Numbered from the stretch's first letter, positions 40,825 through 51,779 are shown. The stretch: DNA of 64,000 bases from Leptolyngbyaceae cyanobacterium (GCA_965263355.1 CBDHHL010000056.1:1600001-1664000); one strand, 5' to 3'. Program-made: numbers and translations. The notes: a model not told the origin generated them from the sequence alone.

Positions 40825-41216
40825 TGCGGTAGGGCTTTTAGGACTTCAGTCAATAACGCTACTACAGAAGGGGGGAGAGGCAACCCGTTTCTTAATAGGA
40901 GTATTGACTACCAATGAATTCATTAACTTGTAAATGACCAACGCAATACCAGCGTAAATAAGTTGTTCCCAAGTGTGTCTTTTTTTCACTAATCGAACAA
41001 CTATCCCTAGTAGAGATATGCAAAAAATAAAAAAACACAAAAGCCTTAACCCTACCACCACAAGAGTTTACGGCTTATACGCTAGGGGACGGGAGCTTCA
41101 CTGACCCATGATTCAAAACATTCATGTACAATGAAATCTAAAGAAAAAATTAAATAAAACCATTTTTAATACTTTAATGAGAGAGAAAATATCCCTGAAA
41201 TAGCAGAGTAAGCAAT

Positions 41217-41423
41217 ATGGATGCCTCAATGCTACGGTTACTTTGGTCTGTTGTCCTTGAAAATTCATCAGAAAATATTTCTAGTCTCCCTGAAGCTCTT
41301 TTTGTTAGACATCTACTTGAGCAAATGCAAGCTAGAATATATTTAAGTATGGACGAACAAGATGCTATGCAATCCTACTTACAAGCAAAACGCAGATTGA
41401 TTCTTGAGATGATTCAAGGATAG
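41217..41423 (+). CDS. Small conserved cyanobacterial hypothetical protein
   Basis: MLR.LWSVV...L....E...Y...KR.LI pattern recalled from small cyanobacterial proteins. Confidence 0.55.
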   Translation: MDASMLRLLWSVVLENSSENISSLPEALFVRHLLEQMQARIYLSMDEQDAMQSYLQAKRRLILEMIQG

Positions 41424-41886
41424 CTGCAGAAATCTTGGTTTCATGCTCTAGGCTGGCTAATCGACTGAACAAGAAAACAAAACAGAGGTAATGTCAACCC
41501 CTTACTGTTGCGCTGCAAAGTCGTACTCCAGTTCATGGAATGACATAGCAATAAACGGCAAAAATTTGCAGCCAACTCGCCAGTTCTCGAAACAAGTATG
41601 CTCCCTCCTATTCAAGGCAACAGTATCACTGACCTGACTCCAAGACGGAAGGGAGCAAGAACTATGACAAAAAAGAGAATGTCAAATAGGCTACCTATTT
41701 GAAGAAACCTATTCATATCAATATTTTTACACTAATTTGGAACTAGATGAGGTGTATCTTCGATACACTTTAAAGGTACCTTGAGAGATATTTCCAGAGC
41801 CAAATTAGTGGAACGAATTGTAAAATTTATTCTTCTTATCCTGGCGGTAGCAGCCGTTTACAAATCAGTTCGGTTTGCAAAACAAC

Positions 41887-42561
41887 TTACAGCAATCCTT
41901 CAAGCACAGCTCTAACAACTCGATCATCCGAATCCTGTTGCAGCTCAGCTAGCGCAGCTTGGGCTTCTGGCCCGCCAAAATGCCTTAGCGTTCTAGCTGT
42001 ACTTGCCCGAACTAAGCCATGGTTATCTTGAGCGGCTTGCAGGGCAATAACTAATGCCTCGGGAAATTTAGACGTTCCCTTAAGACGTCGTAAATTCACT
42101 AATGCAGCCATTTTGACGGTAATATCATCACCTTGGAAACCCAATAAACAAAGCTTAAAGAGAAGCTCAGGATCGTCTAAATCTTCCAAAGCTGCAAAAA
42201 TGCTTTGGCGTATAAGCCAGTGAGCATTCTCCTCAAAGATTTTTACAAGATGAGGAATAGCCTGGGGACCAAATTTAGCTAGAGAATTAGCAGCCTCGGC
42301 AATAACATTATAGTCAGTTTCATGATCAATAATTTTGAGTAAAACTTCAAAGGCCTCATCATTTCGTTGATAGCCTAGCCCCATAGCCACAAAGGAACGG
42401 ACCAAAAATTTCTCGTCATACATTCGTTGCTTAAGCAATGGTACAACTACGGCAGGTTCATGATGCCGCAACTCAGTGTACAACTACGGCAGGTTCATAG
42501 CCTTCATGCGTAGCTGTGGATTGGGGCTATCCAAAAAGGATTCGATTTGTGGCAAATTCAT
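41887..42561 (-). pseudogene. HEAT-repeat (phycobilin-lyase/NblB-like) gene interrupted by an in-frame TAG
   Basis: ATG 42561 MNLPQIESFLDSPNPQLRMKA is in frame with ...TELRHHEPAVVVPLL; a 21-bp duplicated segment places TAG at 42484-42486. Confidence 0.75.
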
Positions 42562-42671
42562 AAATTTTTAGGATGGGTGTGCGACTATAGTTTACACTTC
42601 TTTACAAAATAGCGCCGTCCATTTAAGGGAAGAATTGTTTATCCGAGTTTTGGTAGGAGAGAGAATTTAGG

Positions 42672-43445
42672 TTAATTACTCAACGGCTGCACATAGGGTA
42701 ATTGGTACCAGGGAACATCCGGATAAGCATGGTGCTCCCAATGATAGCTAAAGTGATAACAAATTAGTAGCGAGCAGATTATCGGGTAGTAGTAACTTCG
42801 TGGTCGATGAGAACCAGTACTTGTATCATCGGAATAATGGGGAAGAAAAATACCAAAGGCAAATAGCTGAATTGAGCTGAGAACCCAAGGCAAAATCCAA
42901 AATAAAACTATGTTTTGGATTGCGACTTGAAAAAGAGCTACTAAAGAGAGTGTTGTTATTCCGATACCAGCTATGACTAATGCCAAGTTTCGAGGTGTCA
43001 GGTAGCTCTCCATAAAGCTGAAGTACCATCGGACAAAATACCAAATCAAATTGCTGCCAGCTTTGGGATAAAAGTCTGGATCCTTTGCTTGGGCTGGATG
43101 CGAGTGATGTTGCCAGTGTAGTTTACGGCAAACTTGATAGGGTAAAAAACCATATAGTCCTAGGGACAATTGACCAATCCAATGATTTTGCACCGGATAC
43201 TTTGGAAGAACATTTCCATGCATTGCATCATGGGTGATAGCAAATAAACCCGTGTGCAAAAATGTTCTTAACAGCAGCCAGAGCGCCAAGACAATGGGTG
43301 AGTAGTTAATCAGATGACATGACAGGGACCAGAGTAAGCTGATTAGCCAGATGATTGCGATCGCACCCGAAATCATCAATCCCATCCAGTTTGATCCCGT
43401 TAGCTGCAGTTGTTTACACAAGTTAATATTCGACATCAAAAACAC
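42672..43445 (-). CDS. crtW: Beta-carotene ketolase (CrtW type; start may be ATG 43386)
   Basis: TFLHTGLF...HDAMHG, HWQHH..P....DPDF, QLF.FG.FLPH, CYHF.YHWEHH.YP.VPWYQLP. Confidence 0.88.
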   Translation of the reverse strand: MFLMSNINLCKQLQLTGSNWMGLMISGAIAIIWLISLLWSLSCHLINYSPIVLALWLLLRTFLHTGLFAITHDAMHGNVLPKYPVQNHWIGQLSLGLYGFLPYQVCRKLHWQHHSHPAQAKDPDFYPKAGSNLIWYFVRWYFSFMESYLTPRNLALVIAGIGITTLSLVALFQVAIQNIVLFWILPWVLSSIQLFAFGIFLPHYSDDTSTGSHRPRSYYYPIICSLLICYHFSYHWEHHAYPDVPWYQLPYVQPLSN

Positions 43446-43455
43446 TTAACTTTTA

Positions 43456-43980
43456 TTGCGTAAAGTTGCGCTACTAATCGGGCCGCGTAATGGTGTAAAT
43501 GAGTACATATTGCTCCATCGTTCACTTTTTGCTTTCGGCCCCATGCAGTCCGCTCTTTCTTTAGCCCCTCGCTACACCTTGGACGATGAGTCTATCTGGC
43601 TTATCGGCATTGACCCAGTGCGTCGCTACTGGATCAATGTTGGTTGTGAAACTGCTATTACAATCACAATCCCAGGATTGCTAACACCTTCGTTTGAAAT
43701 TTTAAAGGAAGCAATTCAAAGCTTTCGGTCGTTGCCGATCGGTTCAACGTTAACGTTGCCAACGTTTACCCGTAAGCGACTCACGATTCATCATCTAACC
43801 AACAATCTCTATGCTATTCCACACCCAGTAAATGGGTCTCCAGCATGGCACTTGTTTGATCGTGAAACAGTAGAAGCTTTTCTATTAACCGCCCATTCAG
43901 ATTGGCAATGCGCGTCCCAAGACATTGCCCTGGGACGCGATCTCATTGCTCAATCGTGGGAGCAGCCTAGCGCTGCTTAG
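43456..43980 (+). CDS. Hypothetical protein (likely start ATG 43543)
   Basis: Intact ORF, PRYTLDDES.WL.GIDP.RRYWI...WHLFD.E....L.TAH.DWQC; lies between crtW and CTDH. Confidence 0.7.
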   Translation: MRKVALLIGPRNGVNEYILLHRSLFAFGPMQSALSLAPRYTLDDESIWLIGIDPVRRYWINVGCETAITITIPGLLTPSFEILKEAIQSFRSLPIGSTLTLPTFTRKRLTIHHLTNNLYAIPHPVNGSPAWHLFDRETVEAFLLTAHSDWQCASQDIALGRDLIAQSWEQPSAA

Positions 43981-43985
43981 ATCAG

Positions 43986-44408
43986 TTATTCAGGACGCAA
44001 CTTTAGCAATTCCTCTAAAGTCGCCACAAGATTGACACGTACTGACTCAATCTTGCTATCACCTGTCAACATAAAACACCAAGCAACGTTAACCCTAAAG
44101 ACGAGAGATGTGACTTTACCACGTACATCGATTTGGTAACGGCCATCCTCCCTTGAGTGCATTTCAGCACTCAAAAGAGACACAGTCATACCATCTGCTT
44201 CTCTCATCAGATAATTCGCAATTTCGTTTACTCCTATCACTGGAGATTCGAAGGGAGGAAAGAGGCTCCCCTCAGTCGCAAAAAGATCAGCAACCTGCTG
44301 GTACTCACCCAGATTAAACAGATCAAAGTAACAGAGAACAACCCGAGCCTGTTCACCTAATTCGGTAATGGCCGCAAGCTGCTGATCGGCGGTCTGTAGT
44401 GCTGTCAT
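43986..44408 (-). CDS. OCP C-terminal domain homolog (CTDH, NTF2-like)
   Basis: YF..FN.G.Y...A.LF...G.L.PPFESPVIG...I..YL..EA.GM, GKV...F.VNVAW.F. Confidence 0.9.
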   Translation of the reverse strand: MTALQTADQQLAAITELGEQARVVLCYFDLFNLGEYQQVADLFATEGSLFPPFESPVIGVNEIANYLMREADGMTVSLLSAEMHSREDGRYQIDVRGKVTSLVFRVNVAWCFMLTGDSKIESVRVNLVATLEELLKLRPE

Positions 44409-44418
44409 CTTTACAGGG

Positions 44419-44916
44419 TTAAGCAAAGGGATCATAGCCCATATTAATTACAGCCTTGCGCAAGACAGTGATCTGCTGTCCAAACTCCAACGCAAGAATG
44501 CGACTATACACTTCACTAGCACTGCGGGAAAGTTTGTAAGTGGAGGGTACCTCTATCACATCCCCCGACTTCATCAGCTCAGCTAACTGATACCAGAAGG
44601 CAAGCTTAGTATTGTTAGTAAGAACACCATAGGCACGGGTCATAGGTGTTCTAGCCTGGTTAACTAAGTCCCTCATAAATGTTAGCTGTTCGCTAGGGCT
44701 AAATGTTTTCACCTGCTCTAGGAGTCCTTCGGCAAATTGCAGGCGAGCAGCACCTGTAGCTGCAGGTGTTACTGCACCCCCCATTTCCTTATAGATAAAC
44801 CAAAGGACCCCTAGCTTTTCATCCGTAGACAGGCGGTTAAATGAAGCAACTGCAGCTGAGACCGAGTCAAATAAACTTACGGATTGACTAGAAAAAGTAT
44901 TTGTAGTGAATGTCAT
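44419..44916 (-). CDS. Helical carotenoid protein (OCP N-terminal domain homolog, HCP)
   Basis: FNRLSTDEKL..LWFIY.EMG...TPAA.GAARLQFAEGLL, NTKLAFWYQLAE.M, FGQQITVLR..V..MG.DP. Confidence 0.92.
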   Translation of the reverse strand: MTFTTNTFSSQSVSLFDSVSAAVASFNRLSTDEKLGVLWFIYKEMGGAVTPAATGAARLQFAEGLLEQVKTFSPSEQLTFMRDLVNQARTPMTRAYGVLTNNTKLAFWYQLAELMKSGDVIEVPSTYKLSRSASEVYSRILALEFGQQITVLRKAVINMGYDPFA

Positions 44917-45302
44917 GATTGAACAATTCCTTATTTAATGCGTGACAATTTTGAAAATCAGTAGTGTCTTAGCAAGCCCATTGGGGCCATTACACAACTG
45001 CCAGAAAGGCCTTTAGAATCCTCATAAGACCATAAATAGGCACTTAAACTGGCTCTAAAAAACCATGCTGTTCAATGGGGGAGCCAAACTGACATAGCTC
45101 ATCCAACAACAGCTTCAAACACAATGAGAATAGAGTCACTTGTGTTCGCTAGTTGACCATCAGCTTGCTTAGCCAATCTTGTAAAGTCAAACTGCTGCGC
45201 TTGTATGCTCGTCTAACCTAATCAAAAAGTTATTCAGACATAACCCCCAATAGTAACTTAGACAGCAGACTCCATGGAAGCACTCCTTAACTTTCTTTAC
45301 AG

Positions 45303-45320
45303 ATTGTAACGCAATGTAAA
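45303..45320 (-). promoter_or_regulatory. HLR1 (RpaB-binding) direct repeat upstream of HCP-CTDH
   Basis: Minus strand TTTACATT-GC-GTTACAAT, an exact match to (G/T)TTACA(T/A)(T/A)-N2-(G/T)TTACA(T/A)(T/A). Confidence 0.65.
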
Positions 45321-45478
45321 CGAACTTCGCCACATCCTCGGTGGATTAATCCATAGAAAAAATCTATGATTAGCCAGCCACTACATCTAAGCGATGGCGT
45401 AATAGAAACGGACCTGTTCTACGGCACCATCAGGTTAGAAGGTAATTATGTTACCTATCGCCACTCTGCAATCAAGGG

Positions 45479-47938
45479 TTAGGGCAGTCCAGCTCCAATT
45501 AGGGATAATGCCCGCTTCAGTTGTACTGTCACCTGACCATCATCATCTACATCCAGGATAGCTGTCTCTCCAGCACCAATTTGACCAGCTAACAGAGCTT
45601 CAGCAAGACTATCTTCAGCAAGACGAGTAATCGCCCTTCTTAGGGGACGTGCCCCATAACTTGGGTCATAGCCTTCAACAACAAGTTTGTCCTTAAAAGC
45701 TTCAGTAACTTCGAGCTTAATTTCCTGATCAGCTAAGCGATTAGCCACATCTTGCAGCAAGATATCTGCAATTCGTTTGACCTCAGTACGATTGAGCTGA
45801 TGGAAGACAATAATCTCATCTAAACGATTGAGAAATTCGGGCCGGAAAGAAGACCTTAACGAGTCATTTACCTGCTCACGAGTGCGATTGTATTTGGCCA
45901 TAGCAAGATCTCCATCAAGCAGCTCAAAGCCAATGCCACTACCTTGTTTCTCAATAGCGCGCGAGCCAATATTCGAAGTCATGATAATCAGAGTGTTACT
46001 AAAATTCACCACACGTCCCTGGGAATCAGTCAATCGACCATCCTCCAACAGCTGCAACAACAGATTAAAAACATCAGGGTGGGCTTTTTCAATCTCGTCA
46101 AATAGCACGACTGTGTAGGGCTTACGTCGCACGGCTTCGGTAAGTTGTCCACCATCACCGTAACCGACATATCCTGGAGGAGAACCAATCATCTTAGACA
46201 CTGACTGAGGCTCCATATATTCCGACATATCCAAACGGATAATGGCATCTTCTGATCCAAACACACTCTCGGCTAACGCCTTGGTCAGTTCTGTTTTACC
46301 AACACCAGTTGGACCACAAAAAATAAAGCTAGCAATGGGCCGCTGTGCACTTCTTAAGCCTACCCTTGCCCGTCGAATAGCTTTTGCTACAGCCTTTACT
46401 GCATTGTCTTGTCCAATGATGCGTTGATGTAAAGTTTCTTCTAACTTCATCAGCATGGCAGACTCAGATTTAGTGATCTGGTTGGTAGGAATACCTGTCC
46501 AAGATGCTACTATTTGAGCGATATCTTCCATAGTTACCACAGGACGTATCAATGTAGCCCTATGCTCATTAAAATTCTGCAATTTAGCTTCTAGTTCTAG
46601 TTCCTGCTCCCGTAACTCGCTAGCACGATCAAAGTCCTGCGCTTTTACAGCGGCATCTTTATTCCAGTTAACTTGACGAAGAGACTGTTTGAGTTCTTTA
46701 GCCAGAGACTTTTGAGAATGACGCAGATGCACGCAGGAGCCAGCTTCATCAATTAGATCAATGGCTTTATCTGGCAAATAACGATCAGCGATATAACGAT
46801 CCGATAGTTTTGCCGCGGCCACTAAAGCACTGTCAGAAATTGTCAAATTGTGATGTTGTTCATAACTGACTCGTACTCCTTGCAGAATCTCAATGGTCTC
46901 CTCAACACTAGGTTCATTGACCATAACAGGCTGAAAGCGACGCTCTAGAGCCGCATCTTTCTCAATGTACTTGCGGTACTCGTCAAGGGTGGTAGCACCC
47001 ATGCATTGAAGGTCACCTCGGGCTAACGCAGGCTTGAGCATATTGGCCGCGTCCATTCCACCTTCCATACCGCCTGCACCGACCAGGGTATGGATTTCAT
47101 CAATCAGCAAAATGATGTTGCCAGCCTTATTAACCTCGGCCACAATTTGCTTGAGTCGTTCTTCAAATTCTCCGCGAAATCGAGTGCCCGCCACCAACGA
47201 GTTAATGTCCAAGCTCAACACCCGCTGGTCAAGTAGAATCTCCGGCACATCTTGGTTAACAATCCGTTGAGCTAATCCTTCAGCAATAGCCGTTTTACCA
47301 ACACCAGGTTCACCAATCAACACCGGGTTGTTCTTACTGCGGCGACCGAGAATCTGAACAACACGCTCAATCTCTTGCTGTCGACCAACCACAGGATCAA
47401 TTTTGCCCTCGGCAGCCAGCTGTGTGAGATCCGTGGCAAATTCCTCCAACGCCTTACCTGTAAAACCGCTAGCATCTTGACCACCAGCAGCTGGTACAGA
47501 TAACCGTTCTCCGACTGCTCGAATAGTGGCAATGCGTAGACGGCTTAGGTCTACACCTAAGGTTTGGAGGATTTTTGCAGCAGAACTTTCACTACTGCTG
47601 GTTATGGCAAGTAATAGATGCTCTGGGCCTACATAATTCTGATCTAACTGCTGGGCCTCCTTAACAGACTGCTCCAGAAGTCGCTTAGCATTTGGAGTAA
47701 ACGGTATTTCATCAGTAGTGCGCTTACTTTCGCTTTTGAGGATAGACTCTACGGCTTCTTCTATAACCTGTAGAGTTAGACCTGTTTCCCGCACGATAGG
47801 AGAGACTAGACTATCGCCTTGGGCAATGAGCCCACCCAGTATCAGTTCGGTTCCAACATAATGTTGGCGTAACCGGCTTGCCTGCTGTTGGGCAATCATA
47901 ATGGCCGAGATTGCCTTGTCGTTGAAAAGCTCAAACAT
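45479..47938 (-). CDS. clpC: ClpC-type AAA+ ATPase (divergent paralog)
   Basis: Clp N-domain; GEPGVGKT and GPTGVGKT Walker [18 protein letters not shown]-like middle; YGARPLRR. Confidence 0.9.
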   Translation of the reverse strand: MFELFNDKAISAIMIAQQQASRLRQHYVGTELILGGLIAQGDSLVSPIVRETGLTLQVIEEAVESILKSESKRTTDEIPFTPNAKRLLEQSVKEAQQLDQNYVGPEHLLLAITSSSESSAAKILQTLGVDLSRLRIATIRAVGERLSVPAAGGQDASGFTGKALEEFATDLTQLAAEGKIDPVVGRQQEIERVVQILGRRSKNNPVLIGEPGVGKTAIAEGLAQRIVNQDVPEILLDQRVLSLDINSLVAGTRFRGEFEERLKQIVAEVNKAGNIILLIDEIHTLVGAGGMEGGMDAANMLKPALARGDLQCMGATTLDEYRKYIEKDAALERRFQPVMVNEPSVEETIEILQGVRVSYEQHHNLTISDSALVAAAKLSDRYIADRYLPDKAIDLIDEAGSCVHLRHSQKSLAKELKQSLRQVNWNKDAAVKAQDFDRASELREQELELEAKLQNFNEHRATLIRPVVTMEDIAQIVASWTGIPTNQITKSESAMLMKLEETLHQRIIGQDNAVKAVAKAIRRARVGLRSAQRPIASFIFCGPTGVGKTELTKALAESVFGSEDAIIRLDMSEYMEPQSVSKMIGSPPGYVGYGDGGQLTEAVRRKPYTVVLFDEIEKAHPDVFNLLLQLLEDGRLTDSQGRVVNFSNTLIIMTSNIGSRAIEKQGSGIGFELLDGDLAMAKYNRTREQVNDSLRSSFRPEFLNRLDEIIVFHQLNRTEVKRIADILLQDVANRLADQEIKLEVTEAFKDKLVVEGYDPSYGARPLRRAITRLAEDSLAEALLAGQIGAGETAILDVDDDGQVTVQLKRALSLIGAGLP

Positions 47939-48362
47939 AATACAAAATGCTCGATAGTTGATTTACGAGATGGCTTGGATAACTGAGAAAAGGATGATTC
48001 CCTAAAAGGGCTATGGGACCTGCTAGGTGATGATGTTGATGATTCCAACCTACGGGGTTGAGCAGAGAAAGGACTGAAGCGTAGATAAAAGATCGCTTAA
48101 TGCGCTGCGAATAGCATGACCGCCTCATCCATTAACCTATGTAAAGAATTACATTAAAAACTCTAATACAATAATCTTCAGCTTAGGGAGGGAGGAAATC
48201 CGTATAGTCAAGCATTTTTACTGACAAATCAATCAGTTCGGCAAGCCGAAGAATGTGATTACGGCTTTCCACCCTGCCGCCAATTCTGAGAATTATTTAC
48301 ATTAATTAATAATTAGGCAAATGGAGACGCAATCGGTCATACTCCACGGGGAATTTTCTTAA

Positions 48363-48983
48363 ATGGAACAGCTAATATCTGCAGCAACTGGAACATTTTT
48401 AGCGCTTTTCCCAATTACTGATCCGTTGGGAGCCATTCCAATTTTTCACAGTCTCACAGTTGACAGCACGCCTCAATATCGTGGTCGGCAAGCCCGTCAA
48501 GTCGCTGTGAATGTCATTGCTGTACTGACGGTTGCTCTGGTGTTAGGGCGCTTCGTTTTAGAGTTTTTTGGCATTTCGTTAGGGGTTTTGCAAATTGCCG
48601 GTGGTTTATTGCTGGCTCGCACCGCCTGGACCATGATCTCTGCATCTGAGCAGACCAATCGGTCAGACAGTGTTCAAGAATTACGCCCAGATGATGTCAC
48701 ATTAATCCCTCTAGCCATTCCTTTGATCAGCGGCCCTGGGGCAATTGGCATGGTAATCGGTTTAGCCGCTAAAAGTCCTCACATGGCTGGATATATAGGT
48801 GCTCTACTAGGGATTTTAGGATTAGGTATCCTTTTATATTTATGTCTTACACTGGGAGCCCCATTAGTCAGACTTATGGGCAAAGGCGGTCTTAGGGCAT
48901 TTACTCAGGTCCTTGGATTTCTCATTTTGGCAATTTCTATTCAGCTGATATCGGAGGGCATTTTCTCTCTCATCAGAACTTGA
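48363..48983 (+). CDS. MarC family membrane protein
   Basis: DPLGAIPIF, FFGISL..LQIAGGLLL, PLAIPLISGPGAI. Confidence 0.92.
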   Translation: MEQLISAATGTFLALFPITDPLGAIPIFHSLTVDSTPQYRGRQARQVAVNVIAVLTVALVLGRFVLEFFGISLGVLQIAGGLLLARTAWTMISASEQTNRSDSVQELRPDDVTLIPLAIPLISGPGAIGMVIGLAAKSPHMAGYIGALLGILGLGILLYLCLTLGAPLVRLMGKGGLRAFTQVLGFLILAISIQLISEGIFSLIRT

Positions 48984-49072
48984 AGTTGAGAATTTGTCAC
49001 TTTGTATTCCTTAGTCACTCAAGCTAGCTCAATTCAACCATTCAAATCGTCTTTTTTAATCACTTCAAAAAA

Positions 49073-50032
49073 ATGAGCACTGTTCAAAACGATACAGATT
49101 TAGTCCGCACTTACTTGAAAGAGATTGGTCGTGTTCCTTTGCTAACTCCAGAGGAAGAGGTCACTTTGGGCAATGCGGTGCAGGCGATGATGATGATTGA
49201 AGCTACCAAAGCTCGTCTGACAGAATCTTTGGGCCATACGCCTACTTTAGATGTATGGTCTAAGGCCACGAATCTAACGGTTGATGGACTTAAGACTACT
49301 ATCGAGATAGGTCAACAGGCCAAATGTCAAATGGTAGAAGCTAACCTGAGATTAGTGGTCTCTGTTGCCAAAAAATATCTTAAGCGTGACGTTGAGATGC
49401 TGGACCTGATCCAAGAAGGTACAATCGGTTTACAACGAGGGGTGGAAAAGTTTGATCCATCTAAGGGATATCGATTTTCCACCTATGCTTACTGGTGGAT
49501 TCGTCAAGCAATGACACGTGCGATCGCAGAAAAAAGTCGTACTATGCGTTTGCCCATCCATATTCACGAAAAGATCAACAAAATCAAGCAGACTCAGCGC
49601 CAGCTAGCCCAACAGCTTGGCCATTCTGCCACATGTCAAGACGTAGCAGACAAGTTAAGTTTATCCCCCGAGAAAGTGCGTGACTATCTTAGCTACATAC
49701 GTCAGCCACTCTCCCTAGATATGCGTTTAGGGGACAATCAGGATGTAGAACTCGGTAGCTTACTAGAAGATGATGGTCCATCTCCCGAAGATTATGCTGC
49801 GCAAGGCTTATTGAATTCAGATGTGGCCAATATGCTCAAATCTCTGACGCAACAACAACAGGAAGTTATCTCTCTACACTTTGGTCTGAAGGATGGAAAC
49901 AAAATGACATTTACCCAGATTGGCGAGCGTTTAAATGTTAGCCGTGAGCGCGCCCGTCAAATTGAGCGCCAGGCCTTCAAATATCTTCGCCGTGAATACG
50001 GTAATATTCGTAACCACCTAGCAACTGCCTAG
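49073..50032 (+). CDS. Group 2 sigma70 factor
   Basis: DLVRTYLKEIGRVPLLT, ANLRLVVSVAKKY, DLIQEG, FSTYAYWWIRQA, SRERARQIE; no region 1.1. Confidence 0.92.
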   Translation: MSTVQNDTDLVRTYLKEIGRVPLLTPEEEVTLGNAVQAMMMIEATKARLTESLGHTPTLDVWSKATNLTVDGLKTTIEIGQQAKCQMVEANLRLVVSVAKKYLKRDVEMLDLIQEGTIGLQRGVEKFDPSKGYRFSTYAYWWIRQAMTRAIAEKSRTMRLPIHIHEKINKIKQTQRQLAQQLGHSATCQDVADKLSLSPEKVRDYLSYIRQPLSLDMRLGDNQDVELGSLLEDDGPSPEDYAAQGLLNSDVANMLKSLTQQQQEVISLHFGLKDGNKMTFTQIGERLNVSRERARQIERQAFKYLRREYGNIRNHLATA

Positions 50033-50051
50033 CTAATTTGGATGACGGCCA

Positions 50052-50354
50052 TCATAGAAGCGCGTTGAGCTGCTGTACTCGGACATCTTTCCGCTGTTGT
50101 AAGATACGTCGATACGTATTGACCAATGATTGTGCTAACTGCCCTTCTACTAAAGCTGCCTCATCGCGGGACGCATAGGGCGACGTCAATAAAGGTTGCA
50201 CATCAGGTTGCAAAAACGTACTGGTTAACTCAGCAAAAAGCTCTTCATCCCAAACTAAGTTTTCCTCATAGGCTTCTGGGGTGACCGTTAAATGGGCCTT
50301 AGCTATACAACGAATCACACTGCGGAGTGGGTAGAAAAGACTTTGGGATGCCAT
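50052..50354 (-). CDS. Hypothetical protein
   Basis: 100-aa ORF with ATG, convergent on the sigma gene. Confidence 0.6.
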   Translation of the reverse strand: MASQSLFYPLRSVIRCIAKAHLTVTPEAYEENLVWDEELFAELTSTFLQPDVQPLLTSPYASRDEAALVEGQLAQSLVNTYRRILQQRKDVRVQQLNALL

Positions 50355-50521
50355 GGCTAATTCTTGAGGAAATCTAAAGGTAATACTGAATTGTTGTGTA
50401 GTGTACGCCTCTATTTTTTCCTTTGCAAACTTCTTGCTTAAGATGCCCCGGTCATCGCCTGAGTCTTCTAGTTGAGAATACGGTCTCTACACAAAACCCA
50501 TATTTCACCTTAAACAAAAGA

Positions 50522-50550
50522 AAAGCTGGTGAATTAAATTCACCAGCTTT
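50522..50550 (-). terminator. Intrinsic terminator
   Basis: AAAGCTGGTGAATT-A-AATTCACCAGCTTT. Confidence 0.7.
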
Positions 50551-50598
50551 AACGCCATGGGTTTATACAGCCTGCCAAAAAACAGTGGCAGCTAGAAC

Positions 50599-51105
50599 TT
50601 AAGCAGGGTAAACTTGCAGAAGCTTACCAGCAAGGTAACCATAGCCAATGATGGGCTGACTGCACTCATGCTTAACAGGGCCTACCTGAGCCACAGCTGC
50701 AACACCGTAAAGACCAGCAGTTAGACCAGCCTCTTCAGGAGTTCCTTCCCACTTCACTTCGTACTCGAATGTATCTTTTTCAGTGCAGATGACGACTTCT
50801 AAGTCTTGCTCAGCTGCTTTGCGGCCAATACCTTCAAAGGCAAAGTGAACATGCACTTCAGTCCCTAGACACATAAGCAGAGATGTTAAAGGGCTCTTGT
50901 TAAACTTGATGGTCAAGCCAACAGAGAACTTTTCATTGTCAGCAACAATGTAGGGAGACTGAGAAGGTGCAACAGTAACCGGAGGTGCAGGAATGCCAGC
51001 AGTACCAGCAATTGTTAAACCGCCCATTTCAAAAAAAGCGGGGCCAAGAATGTTCTTGGAGTAGGTCTCAGTTGCAGAATATTCAGTCATTGGTTGAGCA
51101 GTCAT
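50599..51105 (-). CDS. Hypothetical protein (beta-rich)
   Basis: 168-aa ORF with GAGG RBS and its own terminator. Confidence 0.75.
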   Translation of the reverse strand: MTAQPMTEYSATETYSKNILGPAFFEMGGLTIAGTAGIPAPPVTVAPSQSPYIVADNEKFSVGLTIKFNKSPLTSLLMCLGTEVHVHFAFEGIGRKAAEQDLEVVICTEKDTFEYEVKWEGTPEEAGLTAGLYGVAAVAQVGPVKHECSQPIIGYGYLAGKLLQVYPA

Positions 51106-51469
51106 GTTTTAACCTCAAATGTGTTTTTTATGCTGAGTTACTAATACAATTTCGACACTTTGTTTGAATTTGTATTGTTTTTTCCTCAGCACATTTACAT
51201 AATGTTCTTTTATTTTTTTGATGCCATCACCCCGCTGGGTACTCTAAAAAATGGCCAGAATGTTTGAATATAAATCTCTAGCATCTTAGTCTTTAAAGCG
51301 TTGGTAGTTTATTTTTTGATGCCATCACCCTGCTGGGTACTAAATGATTACAGTCATTATTAGGGTTGTACAATTTGACTAAAAAAAGCGCCTCAACTTA
51401 AAGTCAAGGCGCTTCTTAAAGATCGATATTTAGTAACTCTTCAAAAGAGCAGATAGTTTAATTTATATC

Positions 51470-51730
51470 CTAAGCATTCGCAGGATAAACACTCACCTTT
51501 TTACGACTCTTACCCTTGCGTTCAAAAGTGACTACACCATCTATGAGCGCAAACAAAGTATCATCACCACCGCGCCCCACATTCTCACCAGGATGAACTT
51601 TGGTGCCACGCTGACGAAGAATAATATTGCCTGCGGTCACTGCTTGACCACCATACTTCTTGACACCTAAACGTTTAGCATTTGAGTCGCGGCCATTTCG
51701 CGTACTACCTGTACCTTTCTTGTGAGCCAT
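51470..51730 (-). CDS. rpmA: 50S ribosomal protein L27
   Basis: [24 protein letters not shown]. Confidence 0.99.
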   Translation of the reverse strand: MAHKKGTGSTRNGRDSNAKRLGVKKYGGQAVTAGNIILRQRGTKVHPGENVGRGGDDTLFALIDGVVTFERKGKSRKKVSVYPANA

Positions 51731-51779
51731 TACTTAAATCTCCGTACTTGCCTAATTATAAACTGCCTAAAATAGCACT

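Noticed and set aside
41590..41662. TGCTCCCTCC...GGAAGGGAGCA pairing resembling a glutamine riboswitch
   Set aside because: Lacks the flanking CGTTC/GAAGGAACG elements and has no co-oriented downstream gene
44409..44435. HCP and CTDH as a frameshifted full-length OCP
   Set aside because: HCP ends with the normal MG.DP terminus, there is no OCP linker, and CTDH has its own ATG; separate genes are the known arrangement
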